Origin: the human T2T-CHM13v2.0 reference genome, Homo sapiens
Direction: 5' to 3' (one strand)
NCBI RefSeq assembly: GCF_009914755.1
Contig: NC_060928.1
DNA length: 64,000 nt
Made by a program: the position numbers and the translations under genes. Positions 1-13,014 of the stretch are shown piece by piece. Below the pieces are notes generated by a model, which saw nothing but the letters and a program-made list of their open reading frames with translations, was not told where the DNA came from and did not search any database. How positions within the stretch are numbered: position 1 is the first letter of the stretch; each line of letters starts with the position of its first letter.

Positions 1-395
1 TGAGAAACAAAGAACCCAAATTATTCTAACCAGCTTAATCCTCCACCCCTGGCTGATGCAGGACTACAGAGCTCCAGCCTACTGGCCAGGGGACTAATTC
101 TCCCATCCATCCCATTAGCCCCACTCAGTGATAGCACACCTTAGACAAATGTTTTCCTGAAGTCTCTTGATAAACAAATCTGCTTTTACTCTTAAAATAA
201 TAAAAGTATAGAATTTTGGACTTCAAAAGAGTCTTAACAATCATTTAATTGAGAACTTTTCCCAGTGAATTATAATGCCACCCTCCACCTGCTAGCCCTG
301 TTCTCCGTTGAAGGGGACGGTGATGTCCATTCTATATAACAAATGTCTTGTCATTTTTGTGGGGCTAGGAACAGTGTCATTAAACTGGGCAATAA

Positions 396-832
<437 letters not shown>

Positions 833-1439
833 CTACTATAACATTTACTGACTACACATAAAAACCTATTTGAATGACACAAGAGAAACTGTTGTCTATA
901 ACTGCACGCTGACATATGGTTACATACGCAATATTACTTATTTTGTCCAGTGCTAATTTTTAATGACAATGGAGTTTCTATAAAGTGTGCCAGGAGGAAG
1001 TTTCTTTGGTGTATATTAGTCTGTTATATTTATGCTTAGTTTGGCTGGTGAGTTTTCATTACACCCTACATCCCAGTACATGAAAAATGGAAGTTGTGTA
1101 GTTTGAGCTTTCGGCTGACCAGTCATTTTCCTGTAACCTGAAGTAAGTACTAGTTATTGTAAGCTCTGAGATGGAAATAGTCGGCTGTGCACAACTCACA
1201 TGATATTATGAGATATCTGTAGAGTTTTGAGAAGTAAGTTACACATTTGATGGACCTATCGTAACCATGTTGGCACCTACGATGAGAGAAAAGAGACTTT
1301 TTGTTTGTTTAGTTATCTATTCCAACTGTGATTATTTATGGATAGTGGCTAATTGTTTTAGAACGTATTGAAGAGCATACTTGCCTATTAGAAATAAGTT
1401 GAAACAGACTTGGTTGCTCCAATTTACTATAAACTAGGA

Positions 1440-1645
1440 GGTAGAATGATGTATTGGAAAGAGAATGGTCTTTAGCCATAGGAAGACTTGGGTTCAAATC
1501 TTAAGTTATAATGTTTATTTTACTGATGTTCTGGGCAAGTCACTGAACTATTCTGGCCCTGTGTTTCCTCTCCCAAGGAATGGGAATAATAGCATCTGCT
1601 CCTAAAAATGTTATTTTGGGAATTAGAATTAATATATGTAAGTTA
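1440..1645 (+). mobile_element. MIR SINE, degraded
   Basis: MIR core-like sequence (gacttgggttcaaatc...ctgggcaagtcactgaac...gtttcctc...atgggaataatag). Confidence 0.75.
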
Positions 1646-3159
1646 AAGTAAGGAGAGTTAACAAATCTTTAAGTATTAGATGCTTGGGAGTGATAAATAA
1701 CACTTATTCCATTCACAAAGAGAGTTTAATGAACCACTGCAACTCAAACTACTCAAATCTTTAAAAGTCCTATCTGTTTTTATCAGCACTTATAGAAACA
1801 GATTCACTTTCACTTTTGCCATAAGGTTAATTATGAAAAATATATCTGTGTATGTCACCTGCCTCAGTAATTAAATAGAACTAACAGAAACAAATCAAAT
1901 TATTTAGTGGCAAAAATAAGTCAGCACTTAGCATTTATTCAACGTCATATGCTACCATTGCCACAGTTATGTGGTCTCTATGGCATTTCACTTTCCCAGT
2001 GAAGAAGCTTCTGTGAACAAACACAATCATTAAAAACAGATTGAGCGTGAAATGAAGATGAGAACTTACATTCATTGGTAAAAACAATATCATGTGACTA
2101 AACTATAAAGGTAAACAAGTCAGTTAAACTGAGAACGCCAGGGCCTTTGGTCCCTTTATCATTTGTATTTTAAGTAACATTTTACAAAGTGTTAATGGTG
2201 TGTTATAGTTTACCACCTGCCACTTGAAGAACTGTGGTGTTGGGGTTAGTATCGTGTTTGATCCAGCTTTGTAGGGATGTTTCCTACTTTCGAAATGTCA
2301 TGATATGCTTAAAACTATGTGCAAAAAAAGAGAATGAATTGGTTTTCGTTTCCCTCCTTTGTATTTGTTGTTAATCCGCTTCTCAATGTCCTGTCTGTGT
2401 GTTTCTGCTTTCATCCTTCTTTCTTACCATGCAACTATATCATTAGCCACAAGGCAGAACATGTCTTCTAAGCAAATGTAGCATTAAAAAGTCTCCTGGG
2501 AGAATTTTAGCAACTGTCGAGCTAAGGTCATGCCACAGTGAGAAACAAAGCAATGCGTAATAAGGACAGTCACTTAAACACGAGAAAGTTATTAATAAAT
2601 CAGGAGAAATCAAGTGTGCATGAAAAGGCTGGGTATCATGTGTTCTGTGTTTTCAGATACAAGATTTATTACCTGTGTAATTGCTGTACCATGTAGGATA
2701 TGCATTTGAACAAATGTTGTAAATTATTACAACGTACGCTACAGTGAAACCTCTTTATAATATTTCCACACATACTGGTTTCCCATCTGGGGAGTCCTGA
2801 ATTACACATCCCTCTTACAGAGAAGTGATCCTCTAGGAGCGAGGCTCAAGATCATAACAATTCTCCCCATTTATTCCTCGACATTGTATTAGTGGTACCT
2901 GAGAGGTGGCTCATGGATGTTAAGAATACAAATATGAGCAAGAGGACCTCAAGATGCAAACAATCCAATTGAGAAAGGAGATTATAAACAGCAAACTGCT
3001 ACTAAGGCTACTGCTGTTGCAGCAGTTGCTGCTGCTACTAATAATAAAAAAGTAGAACGCCTGTGCCTTGTTCCGAAGAGCTGCCTTGCAAATGCACCTA
3101 AAAGGGGGAGAGAACCTTTTCTTTTAGCAAAATATAAGCATAAGCAAGTTAGTAATTAC

Positions 3160-3305
3160 ATACACTTCTGTTCCATTGTCTGTAAAGACACAAATAATTG
3201 CTGCCTCATGGAATGATTTTCAGGGTTAAGATACATATGGGAAGTGTTTAGCATTAAGCCACGAGCAACTAAGAGCTCAATGGATGGGAGCTATCTATTT
3301 ATTGC
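3160..3305 (+). mobile_element. MIR 3' fragment
   Basis: tctgtaaa...aataat...cctcatgg...gtgtttagca...agctcaat resembles the MIR 3' half. Confidence 0.55.
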
Positions 3306-5285
3306 TCTTTACTATTCATGTTAGTTGTATTATTGGAGGCATAATGACACAGTGAAAGAGGCTCTGCATCCAAGTAGGTCACAGCATCATTGGGGGCTTA
3401 CAATATGCAAAGACGTTAAAACCGTAATCAACCAGGCATTATATGTGATAATTACAAATGAGTGTTAGGCAATACGTGCTGAAGGTGTTATTTTCATATA
3501 CCCATTTATCTCCAAAAAAATAGAGTTGGCGTAACATTCTTGTTCATAAAAAGATCATAGAAACAGAACAAAAACGTTATATCCCGTTTCTGCTTTCAAC
3601 ATGGGTATTAGACTCATTTCTCCAAACAACTACGTGTCCAATATAGAGATATCTAAATATAAATAACAATTTTCAAAAGCCATAATCAATCCAATCCATC
3701 TAATCTAAAAGCCGACACCTAATCAGAGACACACAAGGACCAAAGTACCTGAATAATATATCAGAAATATTGATAAGCTTATCACATGTGCTTTTCTTTA
3801 CAGCTTTTAAAATACAGAGTTATTGAGTTTGGGTGACTGTCCATTGTCTTTGTTGACACAAATAATTAAAACCTGCCATGACCATAACTTTCATACCTAA
3901 CTTCAGGACAAAAATAACAATGGCCCTGACAGGACCTCTTTGGCCTAGACTGACAGCTGCTGTGACCGACACGCTTGTTTTGGGCTAATGGACATTGATG
4001 GACTTCCTGTGTGTCAGCTGAATCGGAGGTGATTTTCAACTGCTGAACAGGAGATGACCTGCTGGCTCATTGAATATGTGGGATACTTGGGAATGGGCTG
4101 ATGAGAAAACTCATCTTCTGTACAGGTCCTTGTTGGGTCGAGACAGAAAGCGAAGGCTTTGTGCCTCTTACTCACTTGAGCTCATTTTGACCCAAACAAG
4201 TATCCAGAGGAATTAACTAGTGACCCAGGTGCAGGGTCGCACCTGTCCTCATGAGTGCCAATCAAACATTTTGGCTGGAAATTCCCCTCAAATGATGGAG
4301 GATACTGGCTTCAATCCTTTAAATGGGGCATATTTCCTTAGTTATTATACATGTCATAGGGGACAGAAAATTAAATATTATGACTAGAATGATTAATAAT
4401 GATAGCATAAAACTTTAATTTTGTTTCCGTTCTCATTTTCGTGATATAATTACATGTCCCACTTAAAAATACAAAGGTTTGAAAGAAATCTCGCACAACA
4501 CTGAGGCAGTTTACTAATACTCCAGGTGATAACAATACTGACAAAGTACCCTCATGCCTGCCTCCTTTTGACTGATTATTTTATTTATTTGTGTTTGTTT
4601 TGGTAAAGGGAGTAGGAGGAGAGTTGCTGGAAAGGCCTTATTGATGGGAATAGAAGAGGGAGAAGTATATAAATTTGAGAATGTGCAAAAGTAAACTAGG
4701 CATTCATTGTGAGGAAAAATGCTTAATGCAGTATCTGGAGCATCATTTTCCCACTGGAGTAAAGCTACCCAGTAATTATGTATTGCACCAAACAGCTGTA
4801 AAATCAGTAGAGCGGAATCTTTCTAAGTCCCATCTCTTTTAAAATGATGTTATAGCTATATTTTTATAAGAAAACAATGCGCCAAAGTATTACTATTAAG
4901 GAACTTGAACTCTTAATATAACAAATAAGGCCTCGGTTTTCACGTAATCAGAAAGAATGCAAATAATTATATTAACTTTGAAGATGTGCCAAAGATATAA
5001 AAATGGCTGAGAGATTTCTGCTGCTTTCCTGGAGACATAGTAGGGACAGAGTGATCTGCCACAATTTGGGGATAAGATTGGTAAAGTACTAACCTAAGCA
5101 AAAATATGAATGTTGAGAAATGTGCTGCCAGCGAGTTTTCTCAAGTCTCCATCAAGAGTGCAGAGCCAGGAAAAACGGATCACAATGCAGTGATGTCAGC
5201 GTGATATAATGCTGGTGTCTCTCAACAGGTATTTCCATATTTCCATATGGAGTCTTAGAAATTAGAATACCAGCACTAGAGTCTA

Positions 5286-5585
5286 TTTTTTTTTTTTTTT
5301 TTTTGAAATGGAGTCTCATTCTGTTGCCCAGGCTGGAGTGCAGTGGCATGATCACGGCTCACTATAGATTCTGCCTCCTGGGTTCAAGCGATTCTTGTGC
5401 CTCAGCTTCCTGAGTCACTGGGACTACAGGCGTGTGCCACTACACTGGGCCAAGTTTTGTATTTTTAGTAGAGACGGGGTTTCAGTATGTTGGCCACGCC
5501 CATCTCAAGCTCCTGGCCTAAAGCAATCCACCCACCTCACCTCCCAAACTGCTGAGATTACAGGTTTGAGCCACTGCACCTGGCC
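5286..5585 (-). mobile_element. Alu SINE, full length (diverged, AluJ-like)
   Basis: Poly-T followed by a reverse-complement Alu dimer ending CCTGGCC; CpG-depleted. Confidence 0.93.
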
Positions 5586-6141
5586 TGGAGCCTCTCGTTG
5601 CATCTCTAACACTGTGCAGTGTGGAAGAGGTCCTATCTGCTGGGATGCACTATCAGGTTCCATTGTTTATCACTGTTAAGGGGCATCAGGATCCTGTGAT
5701 AGTATAATACCATCCAAATTATCATTTATATCTCGAAATATTTTCACTTTTCATTTAGGTTACCAACATAGGTCAGGGTTTTCTGCTGAAGAGATGAAAA
5801 ATCTTGCCTACGTTGCAGCATTACTTTAATTTTTAAGAAATGGACCATTCTAAATAGAACGTTAATGTTTTGTGAGATTGAATGTTGTGAATCCGTCCTG
5901 TAACCTGACATACAAAACCTGGGACCAGACGATGGATCTCAGTTGCCCATGCAGGTACCATGACCTGAATAAATGCTGCTGTTGTAGAGGCATCTGGTCT
6001 ATTTTTGACAAGCTCTTAACTATAATCCATAGTAGAAAATTAAAGTGATTCATTTTGATATTATCCATATAAGCAAGCTGAACTGAAGAATTAAGTCAAA
6101 AGAAAATTATTTTAAAAATAATAAGCATATGTCAGTAATTT

Positions 6142-6232
6142 ATTTTATTTTTTTGAGACAGGCTCCCTTGCTCTGTCACCCAGGTTGGACTGCGGTGGTG
6201 CAGTTATAGCTCACTGCAGCCTTGAACACCTG
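6142..6232 (-). mobile_element. 5'-truncated Alu (AluJ-like 3' end) with TSD
   Basis: T-rich tail plus about 80 nt of Alu 3' end, flanked by TGTCAGTAATTT (6130-6141) and TGTCAGTTATTT (6233-6244). Confidence 0.85.
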
Positions 6233-6800
6233 TGTCAGTTATTTATGTTCTTGTTACAAGGTCCTCCAAAATCGTGGCATAAAACAGCAATCATTGGTTC
6301 TTTTGCATAATTTTACGCACTGGCAATCCAGGCAGTCCTGCTGGTCTAACTTGGGTTCACACATGCAGCTGCAGTGACCTGATGGCTTGCAGTAAGTAGA
6401 GCGTCCGGGCTGGCTTCACTCGCTCCTCTGGCAGTCTGTGCTGTCTGTTGTTTGAGGCACCTGACTCTTCTCCACATGGCCCTTCCACCACATGCTACTG
6501 GTCTCAGCATATCAAAAGGTCTGCCTGGTTTCAAGGAGCTGAAGAACACACCTCACCTGCTGGTTGTAGGAACAGCAATGTCACAACAGCAACGTCACAC
6601 TGCAAAGGGGCAGGCGTGCGACGGTGCTCTCTTCATTGGAGGCACGGTTCATTCCTGCCCTTCCCCACACCATCGGTCCCAGCGTTCCCACTGTACCTTT
6701 CACGCCTGCCCAGCGTCTCACTCGGTACAATCGCTGAGGTTGCCTGTCCTTGGCAGCGAATGGGAAAGCAGAAGCAGGAGTTGTGGCAGCCACTGAAGAG
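6233..6800 (-). mobile_element. Old MaLR LTR (MLT1 family), degraded
   Basis: Typical antisense MLT1 phrases (ccaaaatcgtggcataaaacagcaatcatt; ctctcttcattgg; tctccacatggc). Subfamily and right boundary uncertain. Confidence 0.6.
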
Positions 6801-7419
6801 TGATGTTTTTGTTGTTGTTTTAACTCCACATCTCTCTCCCTTTTTTTTTTAAGTTCATAGATCCATATTGATCCTCACCTAGAACAAAATCAGCCAAATG
6901 TATCAAAGATTTTAAAGAAAGATAAGCTGTAAAAAATGTTTCATAAAGTAAGGCAGGCGAGAAAATAAATGCTTATTTTAAAACTAAAATAAGAAAGTTG
7001 TACTTAAATACACTCACATCCAAGGTGGATTCACAACTTAGTGTTTGTTCAAACCTTAGGGTGCCCAGAGGTGTCGCGGCTGACTTGCTCATGCTGTTAT
7101 TGCCTCTGGTAGCAAAGATATTTCCCAACTCCAAATTAAAACTAGTTTGCATTAGGAAAAAATCAAAATAAGTTTGTTTCTCATGATATGATGGAACAAA
7201 GCATTTTTAAAAAATCATTTTAAATGTGGGGAAAATAGATTTTTTTTGTTTAAATTGGAAGGAAAATAGGAAACAAAGAGAAGCATAAATAAGATTTCCA
7301 AAGACAAAGAAATACTAGGTACAAGGGAGCCTCTTAACAGTAGCTGGAAGGAAAACTAATGACATCCGAGGTTCTCAGGCCTCTGAGCAGCCTCTGCTGT
7401 TCTGATCTTAAACGTCAAA

Positions 7420-8220
7420 CAAGCGGGATGTTGGGCCACTGGGACACGGATGCTCAGGAGCCTGCACTGGCTTCCTTTAAACCAATAAATCAAAATCCTC
7501 CTTGCGGAAGACGCGGGTTTCCACAGGCAGCTCCCCGTGGAGGGCTCCCAGCTGATCTGTCACGGTGCGGGATGAGGAGCCCGCAGCCCCTTCCAGTGCC
7601 CACCTCCACTCTGCACACCCGTCCCCTGCCCGTCTCCACACGCCCACACACCCCTCTCCCTGGATCGTGCCCACCTCATTCTCCAGTTACTCAGCTCCTA
7701 CCATCCTTCAAGGCCCACCCGCTCCTGACATCCTCTGTTAACCTCTATCCAGTTATTCCAGGCTCCACCGGCATTTCCTTCCCTTCCTTGCCTAGGACAT
7801 TTTCAGTGTGCACTATTCTTTTGGACTATGTGTACTATAATTTGAAAAGCTGCAACACCTGCCAGACTAGGGGCTTTTTATGTCCAGAGCAATAGATGGC
7901 GTCTATGGTGTTTTCCCATCTCCTGCTCTTTCTCTCCAATGGTGTCTCTGTCTCTTTGAGCAGTGATGGTCGCCCCATTGCGTATAGAGGAAATGGAGGA
8001 AAACTTGGAAGTACCGCCTTCCATACAAAGTCAAGGATCGAGACCTTCCTCTCCGTGTTCCAGAATCCCTCAGGAAATACGCGCGTGCCTTCGCATCTAG
8101 AGCAAGCGCTGCAAGAATTCACAGAACGGCCAGAAGTTCCCCATCCCGCTGGTGGCACTCACTGCGTTAGGCGCTCAGCCTCCAGTCCGGGCCGCTTTGG
8201 CTTGAAGACCGCCGTTTTCC
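7420..8220. promoter_or_regulatory. CpG-retaining GC-rich segment with a CTCF-like motif at 8145-8158
   Basis: About 35 CpGs in 800 bp by eye, against a CpG-poor background; CCCGCTGGTGGCAC matches 12/14 of CCASYAGRKGGCRS. Function is inferred. Confidence 0.4.
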
Positions 8221-8224
8221 TTCC

Positions 8225-8398
8225 TGATACCTGCTTCTAGTCTTTCTGCAACTTCTGGATTCCTGTCATTCTTATACCTGCTCTGGGCAGCCTTCCATTC
8301 ATTCTGCGAATTCCCTGAAGCTTTTCAATAAATTGCTTTTCTCCAATTAGCCTAAATCTCTTTCAGTTATTGGCAGCCCAGTGCCCTGACCCAGCCAA
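8225..8398 (+). mobile_element. ERVL LTR 3' part (LTR33-like) containing AATAAA at 8327-8332
   Basis: ttcaataaattgcttttc...ttagcc...tttcagttattggcagccc...ccctgac resembles the recalled LTR33/LTR16 R-U5 end. Confidence 0.55.
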
Positions 8399-8400
8399 GC

Positions 8401-8555
8401 ACTGTAGACAGTCTATGTGTAGCAGCATAACCTAAGACTGTAGACAGTCTATGTGTAGCAGCATAACCTAGGACTGTAGACAGTCTATGTGTAGCAGCAT
8501 AACCTAAGCACTGTAGACAGTCTATGTGTAGCAGCATAACCTAAGACTGTAGACA
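8401..8555. repeat. 36/37-bp tandem repeat, about 4.3 copies
   Basis: Unit ACTGTAGACAGTCTATGTGTAGCAGCATAACCTAAG starts at 8401, 8437, 8473 and 8510, with a partial copy at 8546. Confidence 0.98.
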
Positions 8556-8790
8556 CAGACCAGAGAAAAGCTACTTTTTCATTTCTTATAACTGTGCTTC
8601 GTGGCTATGTTTTTCACATGCCAGAAATCACTCGGTAAATTCAGAGCAACCTTAGTCACATGAGGGTTTCTTCTGCTGGTATCTGAGACGTACAAGGCAC
8701 ATCTGGTCAGAGGAGGCTTCTGTCTCTCCACAGTTATCCTACCTGTGCCAGCATCTACTGGGACGTCTGATCTTCCAAGTCTGTGGTCCT

Positions 8791-9140
8791 CGTCATGGGT
8801 TTAATTGTGCTCTCTCAAAATTCATATGTTGAAGTCCTGACTCCTAGTGACTCAGAATATGACTGTACTTAGAGATGGGGTCTTTAAAGAGGTGATTACA
8901 TTAAAACTGAGGCCTTTCGGGTAGGCCCTGATTCAATATGAACAGGGCGTATTGGGACATACAGAGAAAGATACGCAAGGGGAGGGCGCAGCACCTGCAC
9001 ATCAAGGAGCGAGGCCTTGGGAGAAACCAAACCTGCCAACATCGTCTTGGACTTCTAGATTCAAAACTGAGAAAATAAATACCTGTTGCTTAAGCCATTC
9101 AGTCTATAGTATTTTGTTATGGCAGACCTAGCAAATACGT
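8791..9140 (+). mobile_element. MaLR solo LTR (MLT1B-like)
   Basis: catgggtttaattgtg...aaattcatatgttgaagtcct...gagaaaataaat...taagcca...tattttgttatggcag. Confidence 0.85.
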
Positions 9141-11156
9141 GTAGCCATTGTCTGGTTAACCACTGCTATGTTTACCTCACACTATTCAAAAGCTCTCCAG
9201 GTTTAAATCTGATCTCCTTCACGTACTTCCTTGAGACTCTTGGGCAATTCTAACTTCCCCTAACACCCATGGTCTTAAACACAACCTTAGTCTGTTTCCT
9301 GAAAAATTATACTGTCATTTGCTTGGTTCCTGCAAGGATGTATGCTGGGTCCTCAAGGTAGAAAGTGTGTATTTTCTAAATAAATACTTAGTTAGGTTCA
9401 CATTCGTATTGATGACTGATATAAACTTTCCTAAATTTGGGGTCCAATTGACTGTGAAGACTCCCCGCTTTGTTCCAGGGCTCCTGTGCCCAGCTAAGCC
9501 TCTTCTTATGGATAAATGAGGGGTACTGGTTGCAGGGCTCACCCTGCAGGAACAGCTGTTAGATGTAGAAACATTCAGACCACACATTTCACCAGTTTGA
9601 TTTACAAAAAATAAAATATATATAACTAAAGTATATATATAATAATCTGTATGTAAAATATTTTAATATTTTGAAGCTTTTGACATTCTTGAAGCTTTTA
9701 TATTACTAGGTTGGGGGAATTGAGTGCAGTATAGTGCACTGGTCTGAGTGCTCATGAACAAATACCTCTTTAATAATTGGTGCAGAGCATAGTTCACATT
9801 AATTCGTGATTTGCTGAAGGTAATAATTTGTTAAGTTTGGTTTCACTCTGTTTTAGAAATAAATGGGGAGTTTTCATAAAATGGGAAAAAGAGAAAACTG
9901 ATTTTCCAGCTGAGAAATGAGCAAAATATTGCTGGACAGCCAACATCTGGTATCACTTAAGTCTGGTCTGGACAGGGAAAAAAAAAAAAAGATTATACCA
10001 GGGGGAGCAACCCTGTGTTTGCAAGGAAAAGAAGGAGATGACACGGTAGGCCTTTTCAGTGATTAAAAACCTTCCGTTTTCACATAGCCTCAGTACAAAT
10101 AGAGCATTAGTCTTCACTCAGCTTTTGCATTTCATTGTCTAGTGTACAAACTCTAGAGACAAAAACGCTAGAATTCTGTTTTCCCAGAGAACGATGCTAA
10201 GTAAAGATACCTCAGTCATTCCAACCCTTTAGCAAGCAACCTCATAGGCTGCCTTAGGTAAATGTGCATTAAATTCAAAGGGAGGGGGATTGAGTGATTG
10301 TCCTTTTCAGGAAAGAAAGAAAGAAAAAGTGTGTCCTTTCAAGGTCAATGTATATGATTACCAGGAAATTTGGTAAATTAAATCCACTGGCATTTGGAGT
10401 GCAGATGTAGGAAATCACTCCTTATAAATCAATGGTGAACAGACCATTGCTCATTCACCTTTTCCTCATTGTAAAAAGGGCCAGAACTCAGTGTATTTGC
10501 AATGTAGCCACATAACTGCTATTTACAGAAATGTACATTCCACACACACCCACTGCAAGTAGTCACCTCACATGAGTCACATGGGCCAATGCAAATGGAA
10601 TAAAGCATCAAGAACCTTGGCCTAGCAGCATAGGGTACTTCACTTGCCCTGCAGAGTTTAACTGAGGCTCATGCATAGGCATTTCACTGCAGCTAGTCTA
10701 CTTAATGGCCCCTTCGTACAATTATGATACTGTTCTTGGTTCTATATGTCTGTACTAAAAAGCTATGACTTATAAACTTTATAACATAGCTGCAATATTG
10801 ATACTAAAATGTAAATGAATGCACTAAGGCTGGAAGCTTACTGGCTGTAGAGATGAGTCTATCTCTTAGGAAAAGATAGACGATGATAGTCAAAATGTCA
10901 AATAGATGTGACAAAAATGAAATCACTACCTTTATCTAGGAAATATATTTCCTAGGACTAATGCCCCAAATAATCTAGGATCTGTATTCCTAAGTGATCG
11001 CAAATATCATGTGGCTAGAGTATAGCAGGCAATTCTGGGCATGGAGATGCACACTTTAAGACACTGGAAGTTTTAGAAATAAAGAAGCAGGTAAGAATTC
11101 AGCTAGTGTTCTTTAGTACTGATATGTATTGAAAGCAGTATGTATACTTCTGCTTA

Positions 11157-11196
11157 AATATATATATGTATATATATATACACACACACACATATA
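11157..11196. repeat. (TA)n(CA)n compound microsatellite
   Basis: Directly visible. Confidence 0.9.
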
Positions 11197-12049
11197 TTTA
11201 TTTCACAGTGACAACTATTAGAGTATGTTTACATGGTTTCCTAGATAATAATGGCCTGGATACTCACAACTTGTTTGCTTCCTGTTGGAGAATAGAATTT
11301 TATCTAATTAGTGATTGTGTTTCTATATGGCACCCTAAACAAAAATACCTTCTTTTCTGCTCCATGGACTGAGCGAGATGAGACCACGTGGGAGGATGCA
11401 ATAGAGGCCTATTGGCCACACTGTTTTGCTAACACTGAATCTCAGAGCTAAACGGGCTTCCCCCTTCCCATCCCAGAAGCCCTCCATCTCCCAAGGAGTG
11501 CAGTTTCTAAATAAACAGCCCAGCCCGGCATCAAGCAGCAATTCACTTAGCAAAGAATGGATGAGAGGGCTGAACAGAGTATTCAGTTTTCTGAAATTTT
11601 TCAGTAAGGCCATCACTCTCCCTTCCCAGGGGCAAAGTTAGTAAAGGGAAGGACATCAGGAGTAGGGCAAAAACCTATCCACTTTAAGAACTGCAATTAA
11701 TTAATAAATGTTCCAGTTCATGCTGCAACTAGTTAATATGCATAGAAGCAGACACATTCCTGAACCATTTTGCCTTTAGGTGAGGCACATGCCGTCTTAC
11801 TGAGCCACTGAGTCTCCCGAGTCAGCCTTTTAGTAGGAGCGGAGTTGATTGTCTTGACCAGAATAACTGCTTAGGAGAAAGGGTAGAGAGTGCCCCGCTG
11901 TGTGACCAGGACCCATCTTTAGATCACCAGTCCAGAGAACAGTGACACGCACTTGATCAGTGTGCATGCAACGATATGGATGGACAGCATTGCTTCTGAA
12001 AATAAATGTATAATAATGCATACTTCTCTGGCTACCAAGGATGGCGGAT

Positions 12050-12270
12050 AAAAATGTGAACTGGGCAGTTAGACTACCTGTGTTCAAGTATGAATCCACT
12101 CTTTGCTAGGTGACAGCTTGGGCAAGTGACTTAGCCTTTCAGTGCTTCTATTTCCTTATAAGTAAAATATAAGTGTGATAGCATCTATCTCAGAGTATTG
12201 TGTATGTCGTGCAGAGGAAATATAGACACGACATAAGGCCTGCCAATAGTAGGAACTAAAATATTTTATA
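12050..12270 (+). mobile_element. MIR SINE
   Basis: gactacctgtgttcaagt...gcttgggcaagtgacttagcctttcagtgcttc...gtaaaat. Confidence 0.75.
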
Positions 12271-12574
12271 AGATCATAAAGTTACTCATGAACTACATCT
12301 ACACTTATTGGAGACTGATTTTTTTTAAGGATCCTTGTCATATGGGAAAGTACAAGGACATATGGAGATGCTAAGAGAATAACACTGGACAATACTTTGA
12401 TGTTGACAGAGCCCCTTTCTCTGAAGTACCCAAATAATGCCTGTTTTTATATATTTGTCTTCATTATATTTGGCCATATATATTCTACTGTGCTAAATGT
12501 GGTCAGTGGCTTCAGTCCCTTCTAGGCAATCCTAACTTATGTAAATATGAAGACCAGGTAAAAAAGCCAGAATG

Positions 12575-13014
<440 letters not shown>

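Noticed and set aside
6346-7895. Overlapping 67-178-aa ORFs
   Set aside because: GC-rich and partly LTR-derived sequence has fewer stops; no recognisable domain or consistent exon boundaries.
8401-8555. 36-bp partly palindromic repeat resembling a CRISPR direct repeat
   Set aside because: Head-to-tail copies with no spacers; an ordinary minisatellite.
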